A stretch of DNA of 64,000 nucleotides from Desulfatiglandales bacterium (GTDB lineage: Bacteria > Desulfobacterota > DSM-4660 > Desulfatiglandales > Desulfatiglandaceae): assembly GCA_963666345.1 (NCBI GenBank), contig OY762721.1, positions 928,001 to 992,000 on the forward strand, written 5' to 3'. The position numbers and the translations under genes are program-made. Below are positions 1 through 8,420 of this stretch, piece by piece. Below the pieces are notes generated by a model. The model saw only the letters and a list, made by a program, of their open reading frames with translations, had not been told where the DNA came from and searched no databases. Numbering within the stretch: the stretch's first letter is position 1; each line of letters starts with the position of its first letter.

Positions 1-1366
1 GATCAAGTCCAAGGGCCCTTTCCATAGCCTTAAGTGCATCCTGGGTATCGCCCATGGACAGATATGACAGACCAAGGAAAAAGTAGGTGTAATACCTGTC
101 GGGCAGGAGTTCGTCCATTTTCTTCAGCTCTTTAACAGCCCATTGCGGATCCCCGCTGTTTGAGATGATCTTGGCGGAAAGCATCCCGACGCTTGTTCCT
201 TCAGTCCTTTCCCTGAAATGTGACCCCGGGATAATCACATAAACGGCAGGGACCTCTAATAATGAATGAGTCACATCAACCGCTATCACGTCCATTCCAT
301 GCCCTGAAACCGCGGACAGGCATTTTTCTATCTCCTCTTTCATGTTGTCATCCGATAGATCCGGCAGACTTGAAACGGGACTCCTTATTCCTGAGCGGGT
401 GATAAACTCAGCCTCGGCAAGGCCTTTTAGCTTTGGGAGTCCGCTTGCGACATAATTTGAACCGGTGTTGAAATCTCCTCCAAGCTGTGCCACCTCTGCA
501 AGTGCCCTTATTACCGATTTCTCCGGGCTGGTTGTGGTTCCGGCCGTCCATACGATCTCGCTCTTTTCAGGGAACGTGGAAGGATCATATGCGAGTGCGG
601 ACACGGTAGGCAAACCCGTATCCAGAGAAAAATCGGAAAGAGTGAGTTCTACGCCTGCACTGCGGAATTTCCGGATCAACTCCCTTGCCAGCGGGTCCTT
701 TATCGACGCGGGTTCTATGACAGGTACCTTCAGCCTTTTCCTGCTCACAAGAGATGACACGTGCCGTTCCACCACCTCGCATATACCCTGCAGCAGTGCC
801 TCTTCCATGCAGTTTCCCGCGGAAGAGCCATTGTACTCGTTAAGAGAAAAAAACCAGTCAAAGGGAATCAGGACTTCACGGCCTTTCGTAAGATTATAGC
901 CCCATGTCCAATTCTGAGGGAGCATTTTAAAGGCCTCCAGCGCCCTTGGCAGATCTTCCGATGTATCACTCACAGACCCTGTTATCATATCAAGGTCAAC
1001 TGCCTTTTCCTTTACTCTTTCATACGATTCGAAGATAAAGTTCTTTGGATCCTTATGAAAGCTGAAAAGGCTGAATCTCTCGACAAGCTCCATCACGGCG
1101 CTTGCCTCGGCCTGCTCAGGGGTCCCCCCCTTCCCCATCTGCTTTCTTTCTCCGATCACCGATGCCGCGTCACTTCCGCATACGCTGAAAAACACAGGGA
1201 TATCAAGCCTGCCGTTGTCGGTTCTTACGGTATCCTTCAATATATCAAGATCCAGTCCTGCCAGTTTCTCCCTCAGACGAGTGACCGTTTCCAAAGGAGA
1301 GACCGACTTGTCAAGATCCCTGGTATAACCCTTATATGTATCCTTAATTATAATAGGCCCGCCCAT
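1..1366 (-). CDS. YcaO-like family protein with C-terminal TPR-like region (3' end runs off the window)
   Basis: Not in the ORF track. Read manually from ATG 1366 (RBS AAAGGAG): MGGPIIIKDTYKGYTRDLDK...KQMGKGGTPEQAEASAVMELVERFS (YcaO ATP-binding signature). The same frame at the window edge gives TPR-like YYTYFFLGLSYLSMGDTQDALKAMERALGLD. Confidence 0.85.
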   Translation of the reverse strand, partial: MGGPIIIKDTYKGYTRDLDKSVSPLETVTRLREKLAGLDLDILKDTVRTDNGRLDIPVFFSVCGSDAASVIGERKQMGKGGTPEQAEASAVMELVERFSLFSFHKDPKNFIFESYERVKEKAVDLDMITGSVSDTSEDLPRALEAFKMLPQNWTWGYNLTKGREVLIPFDWFFSLNEYNGSSAGNCMEEALLQGICEVVERHVSSLVSRKRLKVPVIEPASIKDPLARELIRKFRSAGVELTLSDFSLDTGLPTVSALAYDPSTFPEKSEIVWTAGTTTSPEKSVIRALAEVAQLGGDFNTGSNYVASGLPKLKGLAEAEFITRSGIRSPVSSLPDLSDDNMKEEIEKCLSAVSGHGMDVIAVDVTHSLLEVPAVYVIIPGSHFRERTEGTSVGMLSAKIISNSGDPQWAVKELKKMDELLPDRYYTYFFLGLSYLSMGDTQDALKAMERALGLD

Positions 1367-1467
1367 TACAAGGCTCCTTTCAAAGGCAATTTTTACTTAT
1401 CCCCAAGGCAGTGCGCAGCGATCCTTTTAAATCCTGGTCAAAAAAAATCTCAAGGTGCGATTTATCG

Positions 1468-2292
1468 TTATACACCCACCTTCACGGATCTGTTCATCTT
1501 CCCGGATATATAACCTTCAAGATCCACTGAGACATGGTCAAAACCTATCCCTTTTATCTTTTCACAGATAAGGCCCCTCTTATTTTTGTCCAGCAGGCAA
1601 CCTATTTCATTTCGCATTACCTCTATCCTGGCAACCGATCCGTGATGTCTGACCCTTGGTGCCGAGAAGCCCTGTTTTTCAAGAAATTCTTCCGCCTTAT
1701 CGATCATAACGAGCTTCTCTTCCGTGATAGGGCTTCCGTAAGGTATCCGGGTTGCGAGACAGGGTGAGGAAGGAAGCTCACTGGTAGTCAGATGCATCTG
1801 TCTCGATATCTCACGAATCTCCTGCTTGGTAAGACGCACATCCACCATGGGAGCTGCGACTCCCGCCTCTTGGGCCGCCCTGAATCCAGGTCTGTAATCG
1901 TTCAGGTCGTCATAGTTGGCGCCATGGGCCAAAGAATCTATCGCATTTTCATGCGCAATTTTCACAAGTATCCTGAAAAGGATTTTTTTACACTGAAAGC
2001 AGCGGTCTTCACCGTTTCTGAGGAATGCATCGACCTTCATCTCTCCCGGCTCGACGATGAGGTGCCTGATCCCGAGCTCTCCGCAAAAATCAGAAGCCCG
2101 CTTGATATCTCTTTTCCTGTGAATGATGGAGCCTGCCGTAACGGCCAGTATCCTTTTCCCAAGAACCTCACGCGCAACACTGAGGAGCAGCGTGCTGTCG
2201 ACTCCGCCTGAAAAGGCGATCAGCAGGGAATCCATCTCTTTTAGGCAAGATACCAGGGCATCTCTTTTTTTTTGCAATCCGTAAGATTCCAT
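1468..2292 (-). CDS. larE: LarE-family ATP-dependent sulfur transferase (PP-loop, [4Fe-4S]-type CxxC...C)
   Basis: AFSGGVDS PP-loop, RCFQCK, DDLNDYRPG, PSSPCLATRIPYG, RVRHHG..ARIE. Confidence 0.85.
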   Translation of the reverse strand: MESYGLQKKRDALVSCLKEMDSLLIAFSGGVDSTLLLSVAREVLGKRILAVTAGSIIHRKRDIKRASDFCGELGIRHLIVEPGEMKVDAFLRNGEDRCFQCKKILFRILVKIAHENAIDSLAHGANYDDLNDYRPGFRAAQEAGVAAPMVDVRLTKQEIREISRQMHLTTSELPSSPCLATRIPYGSPITEEKLVMIDKAEEFLEKQGFSAPRVRHHGSVARIEVMRNEIGCLLDKNKRGLICEKIKGIGFDHVSVDLEGYISGKMNRSVKVGV

Positions 2293-2473
2293 ATACCTTC
2301 ATTTATCAATTTACCGAGTTAACTATCAAGGGATAAGACAATTTACAATCTATTTCTTTTCCGGGATATCCGCCCGGACATCTAACCAAGGCGGCCTTCG
2401 GTCCGGTTTGTCGATAATGGAGCCCGGGCAATGAATCCAGACGCATGCCCCGGTTTTTCCGTGATAGCAGCAT

Positions 2474-2506
2474 AAAAAAAGGCGGGCATTTCTGCCCACC
2501 TTTTTT
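2474..2506 (-). terminator. Rho-independent terminator after the DUF5320 genes
   Basis: Minus strand GGTGGGCA-GAAA-TGCCCGCC followed by T7; an A/T tract also lies on the other side. Confidence 0.8.
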
Positions 2507-2567
2507 ATGCTGCGGCCCTTTATCCGGACATGTTAATGATGTCCGGCGACCTTCCGCCTGGATATCC

Positions 2568-2927
2568 CTATTCCTTGGTCTCTTTTTCAAGTTCCTCCAT
2601 GCGCATGTTTATCTCATCAAGGGCGCGCTTCATGGATTCGGCCTCGTTTTTGAGCATTTCCAGTTCACCGGCCCTGTCCATGTTATAGTTTGCGCCCATA
2701 GGGTAATCGGCGCCATAGGGGTAAGCGCCTCTCCAGCCGAAACCTCTTCCCAACCCTCTGCCACGGCCGGGGCCTCTTCCATAACCCCAGCCACGACCGA
2801 AACCTCTTCCGTAGCCAGCGCCATATCCGTATCCGGGGGCATAACCCCCAGCAGGGTTGCAGAACCCCCTGGCTCCTCCTGTCATTGGGCCTGCGCCCAT
2901 CGGACCTGTTCCGTCAAATCCAGGCAT
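2568..2927 (-). CDS. DUF5320 family Gly-rich protein with C-terminal coiled coil
   Basis: MPGFDGTGPMGAGPMTGGARGFC, GRGFG repeats, ELEMLKNEAESMKRALDEINMRMEELE; RBS AGGAGG. Confidence 0.85.
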   Translation of the reverse strand: MPGFDGTGPMGAGPMTGGARGFCNPAGGYAPGYGYGAGYGRGFGRGWGYGRGPGRGRGLGRGFGWRGAYPYGADYPMGANYNMDRAGELEMLKNEAESMKRALDEINMRMEELEKETKE

Positions 2928-2994
2928 AACAAATACCTCCTTTCATCTGATATCTTAAGCAAGGAATCACAAACAACCATTCCTTTCACATCTG

Positions 2995-3222
2995 TTAATA
3001 TCGTCTATTCCCGGAAGAACGCCTTGTTCCTAAGAGACGGCCGAAGAATCCTGATATTCCGCCTCTGCCTCTTCCGGACATGCCTCCGGCATTTCCTGCA
3101 CCCTGTCTGCCGGCGGGAACTCTGCCTGAGTTATTTACCCCTCGGCCGCCGCCGCATCTGCCGGCACCTCTTCCTGTCATTGGACCCTGACCTTCGGGTC
3201 CAGTACCATCAAATCCTGGCAT
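2995..3222 (-). CDS. DUF5320 family Gly/Arg-rich protein (short paralog)
   Basis: MPGFDGTGPEGQGPMTGRGAGRC; ATG at 3222 with RBS AAGGAGG. Confidence 0.8.
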   Translation of the reverse strand: MPGFDGTGPEGQGPMTGRGAGRCGGGRGVNNSGRVPAGRQGAGNAGGMSGRGRGGISGFFGRLLGTRRSSGNRRY

Positions 3223-3260
3223 ATATAACACCTCCTTTTAACTGGAATACAAAATGTTCA

Positions 3261-3587
3261 TCACCAGCCACGACGTCTCCTTCCGCGCCCCCTGGGAGGC
3301 ATCTCGAAATTACCTCCTTCGATTCGCAACACCCTGCCCATAACCAGCGCCTCAGCGACCCTGGACCTGGCCAGGGTGAGAATCCTGCCGAAGGTTTGTC
3401 TGGAGACATTCATCCTCTCCGCTGCCCTCTCCTGATCAAGCCCTTCGAAATCACTCAATCTTATGGCCTCAAGCCCCTCAATTGAGAGGAACACCTCCTG
3501 CATTCCCCAGGGCGGCATCCTGTTTGGAACGAATCCATCCGCTACCGGATGTCCCTGCACGTATCTGGGTTTTATCGGTCTGGGCAT
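3261..3587 (-). CDS. DUF134 family HTH DNA-binding protein
   Basis: MPRP...EGLEAIRLSDFEGLDQERAAERMNVSRQTFGRIL..AR..VAEALV.G..LRIEGG. Confidence 0.9.
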   Translation of the reverse strand: MPRPIKPRYVQGHPVADGFVPNRMPPWGMQEVFLSIEGLEAIRLSDFEGLDQERAAERMNVSRQTFGRILTLARSRVAEALVMGRVLRIEGGNFEMPPRGRGRRRRGW

Positions 3588-3600
3588 CTGGCCTCCGTTA

Positions 3601-3673
3601 TTATGATCATTTGCTCATAACATAATCATAAAACATAAAACTGTCAAGCATTATTATGGTCATATGCTCATTA
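3601..3673 (-). promoter_or_regulatory. Sigma-70 promoter flanked by two 20-bp imperfect palindromic operators
   Basis: TTGACA (3642-3647), 17-nt spacer, TATGTT (3619-3624) on minus strand; palindromes TTATGATCATTTGCTCATAA (3601-3620) and TTATGGTCATATGCTCATTA (3654-3673). Confidence 0.7.
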
Positions 3674-3820
3674 TTTTGATGGGCACCGCTACCGGATACC
3701 CCATAAACACCTTTGTTTGCCGGCGCGCAGGCGCATGTTTTTTTTATTGAGGTATGGATTAGACAAGGGCCTGAGGGGGAGATCGGGGCAGGCAAAACAG
3801 GTTTAAGATCACGCCTTTTT

Positions 3821-5539
3821 CTATGTGGCAGGTTTTTCTTCAAACAAAGGTTCTTCAGATATGATACGCTCGTACACAGGTTCGAACCTGTTCCATATTT
3901 CCAGTCCGAGCCGGTTGTGGGTTCCCACGATCTCACGAAGTATCTTCTCATCAATAAGTGGATTTATAAGAACGGCCCTCAAGACGACTATCTCCTGCGG
4001 CCTGTACCTGGTAGACTCCAGGGTAGTCCTTGACACAAATGTGCTGTCATCCCTTCTTAGTTCCTTGTGAAGTTTGATATTAAGCCCGTTCACAAGGTGG
4101 TTCAGTTTTCTGAGTTTGTCCCTTATCTGCTTTTTCTCTTTTGTTGATTTTACCTTTTTCCTGCTTTTTTCCAGAAACAGAAGGTCTCTTCTGGCCTTTT
4201 CCGGTATGAAGCGATAGGTAAGGATAAACAGGTCGGGTTCATTCAAGGTTTCAAAGTTGCCGCATTTGTCAAGTATCCTCTTAAGGATGTTTGTCGACTC
4301 TTTTGCCCCCCTCAAGAGAAGTCCATATCCATCCCGTCCTATTATCTTGAGTGCGGCCCATGGTTTTAAAGCTGAAAAGGCCCGTGACCCTTCAACTGTA
4401 AAGCGGCCTGTATCCACGGAGTTTTTCCGTATGATATATTTGGAAGACTGTTTTATCAGTTTCAGGTCCTTTTCATTTCGAAAGAGCACTACCCCCATAC
4501 TCATGGGACAGTAGAGCAGTTTATGAGCATCGATTGTGGCCGAATCAGCCATCTCGATACCCTTGAAAAGAGGCCTGTACTCATCCACCAGCATGGCTGA
4601 ACCTCCCCAGCAGGCATCCACGTGAAAAGACGCCCCTACCTGTCGGCATACCTCTGAAATAGAAGCCAGATCGTCGATGTTGCCTGTCTCAGTGGTCCCG
4701 GCTATACCGGCGACGGCAATAACCCTCACCCCCTCCCGATCAAGTTCCAGGGCGCGCTTTTCAAGCTTGTGTATGTTAATTCGATTATCTCCGTTAACAG
4801 GTATTGCTATGACATTTTCTTCACCGATTCCGAGCATGCCGATTGATTTCTTTATTGAATAGTGAGCCCGAGCGGACACAAGCACGACACCCCTTGAACA
4901 ACCGTAATAATTGAGAGCGGTAGCCATCCCGGCCATACGAACGCCCGGGAAGGTTCCATCCTGGGGGAAGGCCTTTTCTCTCGCAACCAGCAGGGCGGTA
5001 AGATTCGCCAGTGTGCCGTCGGAAGTCACATTTCCGAGAGCTACCCTGGGATTCTGCATATTTTTTTCATAGAATTTTTCCGTTCTGCTGAATATAAGCC
5101 TGTGAAGCCAGGCTACCAGTTCCCTTTCCACAAAGCTCGACGCCTTGGCGGTTTCGATCTTTACCTGGTTCTGATTGAGGGCGGCGATTATCATTTCAAG
5201 AAGAATCATGAAGTATGGTATCGCACTCGTCATATGGCCTATGTAATAAGGGTTCCCCACCTTAACCGAGTGGCCTACTACCTTGGATTTTATTTCTGAA
5301 AGCACGTCCTTTATGAGATGGGGACCCACCGGAACAGACTTCTGATTAAAGATCTCACTCAGCTCCGGAAGGGTGATACTGCTGTGGATTCCACCTTTTT
5401 CCTGAAAAAAATCATGGATCATCTCAAGGAGTTCATTGCCGAATTCGACAAACTTATCAGCCGAATCAGGCATGATAAAAAGTTTCCTGAGATATTCGAT
5501 ATTGCTTTCGATCCTTTTTTCAGACGCATCCATGCTCAT
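3821..5539 (-). CDS. panP: Group II PLP-dependent decarboxylase, PanP-like (putative aspartate 1-decarboxylase)
   Basis: YIGHMTSAIP, ALNQNQVKIETAKA, GIAGTTETGNID, FHVDACWGG, TIDAHKLLY (PLP lysine), FVSRTTL. Confidence 0.7.
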   Translation of the reverse strand: MSMDASEKRIESNIEYLRKLFIMPDSADKFVEFGNELLEMIHDFFQEKGGIHSSITLPELSEIFNQKSVPVGPHLIKDVLSEIKSKVVGHSVKVGNPYYIGHMTSAIPYFMILLEMIIAALNQNQVKIETAKASSFVERELVAWLHRLIFSRTEKFYEKNMQNPRVALGNVTSDGTLANLTALLVAREKAFPQDGTFPGVRMAGMATALNYYGCSRGVVLVSARAHYSIKKSIGMLGIGEENVIAIPVNGDNRINIHKLEKRALELDREGVRVIAVAGIAGTTETGNIDDLASISEVCRQVGASFHVDACWGGSAMLVDEYRPLFKGIEMADSATIDAHKLLYCPMSMGVVLFRNEKDLKLIKQSSKYIIRKNSVDTGRFTVEGSRAFSALKPWAALKIIGRDGYGLLLRGAKESTNILKRILDKCGNFETLNEPDLFILTYRFIPEKARRDLLFLEKSRKKVKSTKEKKQIRDKLRKLNHLVNGLNIKLHKELRRDDSTFVSRTTLESTRYRPQEIVVLRAVLINPLIDEKILREIVGTHNRLGLEIWNRFEPVYERIISEEPLFEEKPAT

Positions 5540-5650
5540 ACCCGAGGGTTCTTACAGTTTCTTAAAACACCGCCACACCACCCGGAGATCTTAACCGGGA
5601 AGTATCTCCAAAGCAGCCCTGCCTGCTATTTCATAGGATTATATCGAAGT

Positions 5651-6580
5651 TCAAAGGGAGAGCATTCTGTTTACCGCGGCCCTTGCCCTTATACTTATCT
5701 CTTCGGGGACCCTCACCTCAGGTTCCAGATTTTCAAGGGCCATAACGGTTTCTTTAAGACCGGTCTTTTTCATATCAGTGCATATCATCCTGGTGTCGGC
5801 CGGGATGAAAATCTTGCCCGGGTTTTCTTTTGAAAGTGGATGAAGGATGCCTGTCTCAGTGCCTACTATAAACTCCTTTGCCTTGGAATCTCTGGCAAAT
5901 GCAAGCATGCCTGAAGTACTTTTTATCTCATCGGCCATATGGAGCACTTCAGGCGGACACTCCGGGTGAGCCATAAAAACGGCACCGGGATGCTCCTTTT
6001 TTATCCTTTTCACCTGTTCCGGCGACAGGTTGTTATGTATGGGACAAAAACCGCTCCAATAGCTGATATCCCTGTCTGTCTTCATTTTTGTATACTGTGC
6101 CAGATTCTTATCAGGGGTCATGTAGATCCTCTTTCGAGATTCCACGGAGTTTGCAACTGCAACCGCATTGGCGGACGTGCAGCAGATATCGCTCTCCGCT
6201 TTCACAGAAGCGGTTGTATTCACGTAACTTATCACTACGGCATCAGGCATATCACGCCTTTTCTCAATCAACTCTTCGGCCGAGATCATGTTAGCCATGG
6301 GACAACCCGCGTCCGCAACAGGAAGGATGACCTTCTTGTCCGGGCATAGGATCGAGGCGGTTTCGGCCATAAAATGGACCCCGCAAAAAACAATTACCTC
6401 CGCGTCCGTCTGAGAGGCCTTGATCGACAACTCAAGTGAATCACCGCAAAGATCCGCGATGTCCTGAAGTTCCGGTCTCTGGTAATTGTGAACGAGAAGA
6501 ATCGCCTTTCTGGCGGCAAGCCTATCCCTTATCTCTTTTTGAAGCACTCTTATTTCTTTATTCTCACTGAATGTTATCAT
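5651..6580 (-). CDS. nadA: Quinolinate synthase NadA
   Basis: HNYQRPE, GDSLELS, FCGVHFMAETA, AGCPMA, YVNT, CCTSANA, CPIH, HPEC, GTE; likely start ATG 6580. Confidence 0.95.
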   Translation of the reverse strand: MITFSENKEIRVLQKEIRDRLAARKAILLVHNYQRPELQDIADLCGDSLELSIKASQTDAEVIVFCGVHFMAETASILCPDKKVILPVADAGCPMANMISAEELIEKRRDMPDAVVISYVNTTASVKAESDICCTSANAVAVANSVESRKRIYMTPDKNLAQYTKMKTDRDISYWSGFCPIHNNLSPEQVKRIKKEHPGAVFMAHPECPPEVLHMADEIKSTSGMLAFARDSKAKEFIVGTETGILHPLSKENPGKIFIPADTRMICTDMKKTGLKETVMALENLEPEVRVPEEISIRARAAVNRMLSL

Positions 6581-6799
6581 CTTTAGTCCTGAACCCTTCC
6601 GTATATTTTCCGGTGCCCGGCCTTGAGGCATAATTTTTGGATAAAAATTTCATATAGTTGATATTGAGCCTACAAGTCAAGGCATTAGGCCGAAATTAAT
6701 CGGATTTTCCCTATTGTAAGGATGTTTTTCAGTCCTCAAAAACCGCCGCTGAAATAAATATACCTGGCCCCGGGCCTTTCAAGAAGACAGCTTGGGCAG

Positions 6800-6832
6800 A
6801 AAAAAGGAGAGGCAACCGCCTCTCCTTTTTTT
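6800..6832. terminator. Rho-independent terminator ending the tct/OFOR operon
   Basis: A6-GGAGAGGC-AACC-GCCTCTCC-T7. Confidence 0.85.
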
Positions 6833-6868
6833 GCCGGCAAAAGCCGTTTCTAACCAATCCCTTATGGT

Positions 6869-7849
6869 CTATTTCTTTTTGAGCTCCGAAAGTAGTCCTT
6901 TAAGGTATTTTTCCCTTTCCTGGAACATCTTTATTACCTGATCCCTTGTCATGGTCCTCTGCGGACTGCCGGTATTCTTCATCTGTTTTTTGACCTTTTT
7001 GTCCTCGAATATTTTCTGAAAAGCGGCAGCACACTTGTCGATTATATCCTGTGGCACACCCTTTGGAAAGGCAATGCCCCTGAAATTCACGCTTGAATCA
7101 TCAACGTCTATCCCTGCTTCCTTGAAGGTCTCTACATCAGGCAGGAATGAATGCCTTTCGAGATCCGCCACGCCCAGAATCTTTATGCGATCCTTGTTTC
7201 TGAAGGCATCTGAAAGGTTATTGAAACCGGCCTTTACTTTACCGGCGACCACAGACTGCATTGCAGGGGTACCGCCCTTTTCAGGGATATAGGTCATCTT
7301 GATCCCTGCTGCCTTTGAGAACTGCAGAAAGGCGATATGATGGCCCACGTACATTCCGGCCCCGTTTACGGTGACCTTTCCGGGGTTTGCCTTGGCATAC
7401 TTTACAACATCAACGATACTGTTGAAGGGACTGTCCGCAGGCACTATAAAAACCGCCGGATCCGCGCCCCAGTTGGCAACAGGCTCGAAGGTGTTGATAT
7501 CGTACTTGGTCTTGTAAACGATCGACTGGGCGATGAAATGGGGGACATTATATGCAGTCATGGTATAACCGTCTTTGGAACCCTTCTGAACTGTCCAGTT
7601 CCATCCGACCTGCCCGCCTGCCCCCGGCTTGTTGATAATGACGATAGGTTGCCCCAGATAATTTTCATCGGCCGCAACCATGGTTACGATCCTGGCCTGG
7701 AAATCGGTTGCACCTCCCGGTGAATATGCCACCACCATGCTTATGGGCTTATCAGGATACTCGGCCTGTACAGCCGAAGTCAGACCGAAAACAACTAATC
7801 CGATAATCAAAAAGACCTTTAAAAAAAATCCCAATTTGTCAGCTTTCAT
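6869..7849 (-). CDS. tctC: Tripartite tricarboxylate transporter substrate-binding protein (TctC/Bug)
   Basis: Signal peptide, YPDKPISMVVAYSPGGATD, INKPGAGG, YIPEKGG. Confidence 0.9.
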   Translation of the reverse strand: MKADKLGFFLKVFLIIGLVVFGLTSAVQAEYPDKPISMVVAYSPGGATDFQARIVTMVAADENYLGQPIVIINKPGAGGQVGWNWTVQKGSKDGYTMTAYNVPHFIAQSIVYKTKYDINTFEPVANWGADPAVFIVPADSPFNSIVDVVKYAKANPGKVTVNGAGMYVGHHIAFLQFSKAAGIKMTYIPEKGGTPAMQSVVAGKVKAGFNNLSDAFRNKDRIKILGVADLERHSFLPDVETFKEAGIDVDDSSVNFRGIAFPKGVPQDIIDKCAAAFQKIFEDKKVKKQMKNTGSPQRTMTRDQVIKMFQEREKYLKGLLSELKKK

Positions 7850-7931
7850 TTTCCCCTCCTTGATTTAATGGATAATTCCTGAACATTTGCCAATTACATC
7901 AGATTTCGTTTTATTAAGTCCGCCGAGCCCT

Positions 7932-8420
7932 CTAGATAAAAAGCCCCTGCGGTGTCTGAACGAGCAAAATCTTGCTGAAAAGCACATACAATACAGCCAT
8001 GAAAACAAAGGCGATTCCGACTCGAACAGCACCCTTTTTAAGACCCAGATCCTTTCTCCCAAGCGTGAAAGTTACCGCAATCATAAAGAGAAAAGCGGAG
8101 AAATAGAACCCGATTATTTCCATCACCCAGAAATAGACAATCACGAGGATAAAGGTGAATATCACTTTCACCCAGGGATAGGACATCGCGGAAGCCCTGT
8201 TTTTTTTGTCTTCAACGCTTGAGCCCTGAAGGGTCGCCCTGGCGCTTCCGCCCCTCAGAAGAAGTGACTGCATTAACAGGGCCAGGGAAAGCCCCGCCAT
8301 TATAATGATAAGAACCCTGGGAAAAGTCGCGGCCCTGGGATCATCGAAAAACGACAGAGACCAGTAAAGAGCGGCGCTTCCGGCAAGCACAATCAGAGAT
8401 ATAATTATATCGCGTTTCAA
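7932..8420 (-). CDS. tctB: Tripartite tricarboxylate transporter small permease (TctB)
   Basis: Hydrophobic helices, ATFPRVL, C-terminal LLVQTPQG; probable TTG start at 8420 overlapping the tctA stop. Confidence 0.8.
   Translation of the reverse strand: MKRDIIISLIVLAGSAALYWSLSFFDDPRAATFPRVLIIIMAGLSLALLMQSLLLRGGSARATLQGSSVEDKKNRASAMSYPWVKVIFTFILVIVYFWVMEIIGFYFSAFLFMIAVTFTLGRKDLGLKKGAVRVGIAFVFMAVLYVLFSKILLVQTPQGLFI

Noticed and set aside
465..1513. Plus-strand ORFs 465-899 and 761-1513
   Set aside because: Antisense shadows of the minus-strand YcaO gene with no recognisable motifs. The same applies to the many other antisense ORFs in the track (e.g. 2445-3485, 24112-25059, 51245-52144, 61309-62277).
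2568..3222. DUF5320 proteins as RiPP precursors for the nearby YcaO
   Set aside because: A strong terminator (2474-2506) separates them from larE-ycaO, DUF5320 normally accompanies DUF134, and no protease or exporter is present.
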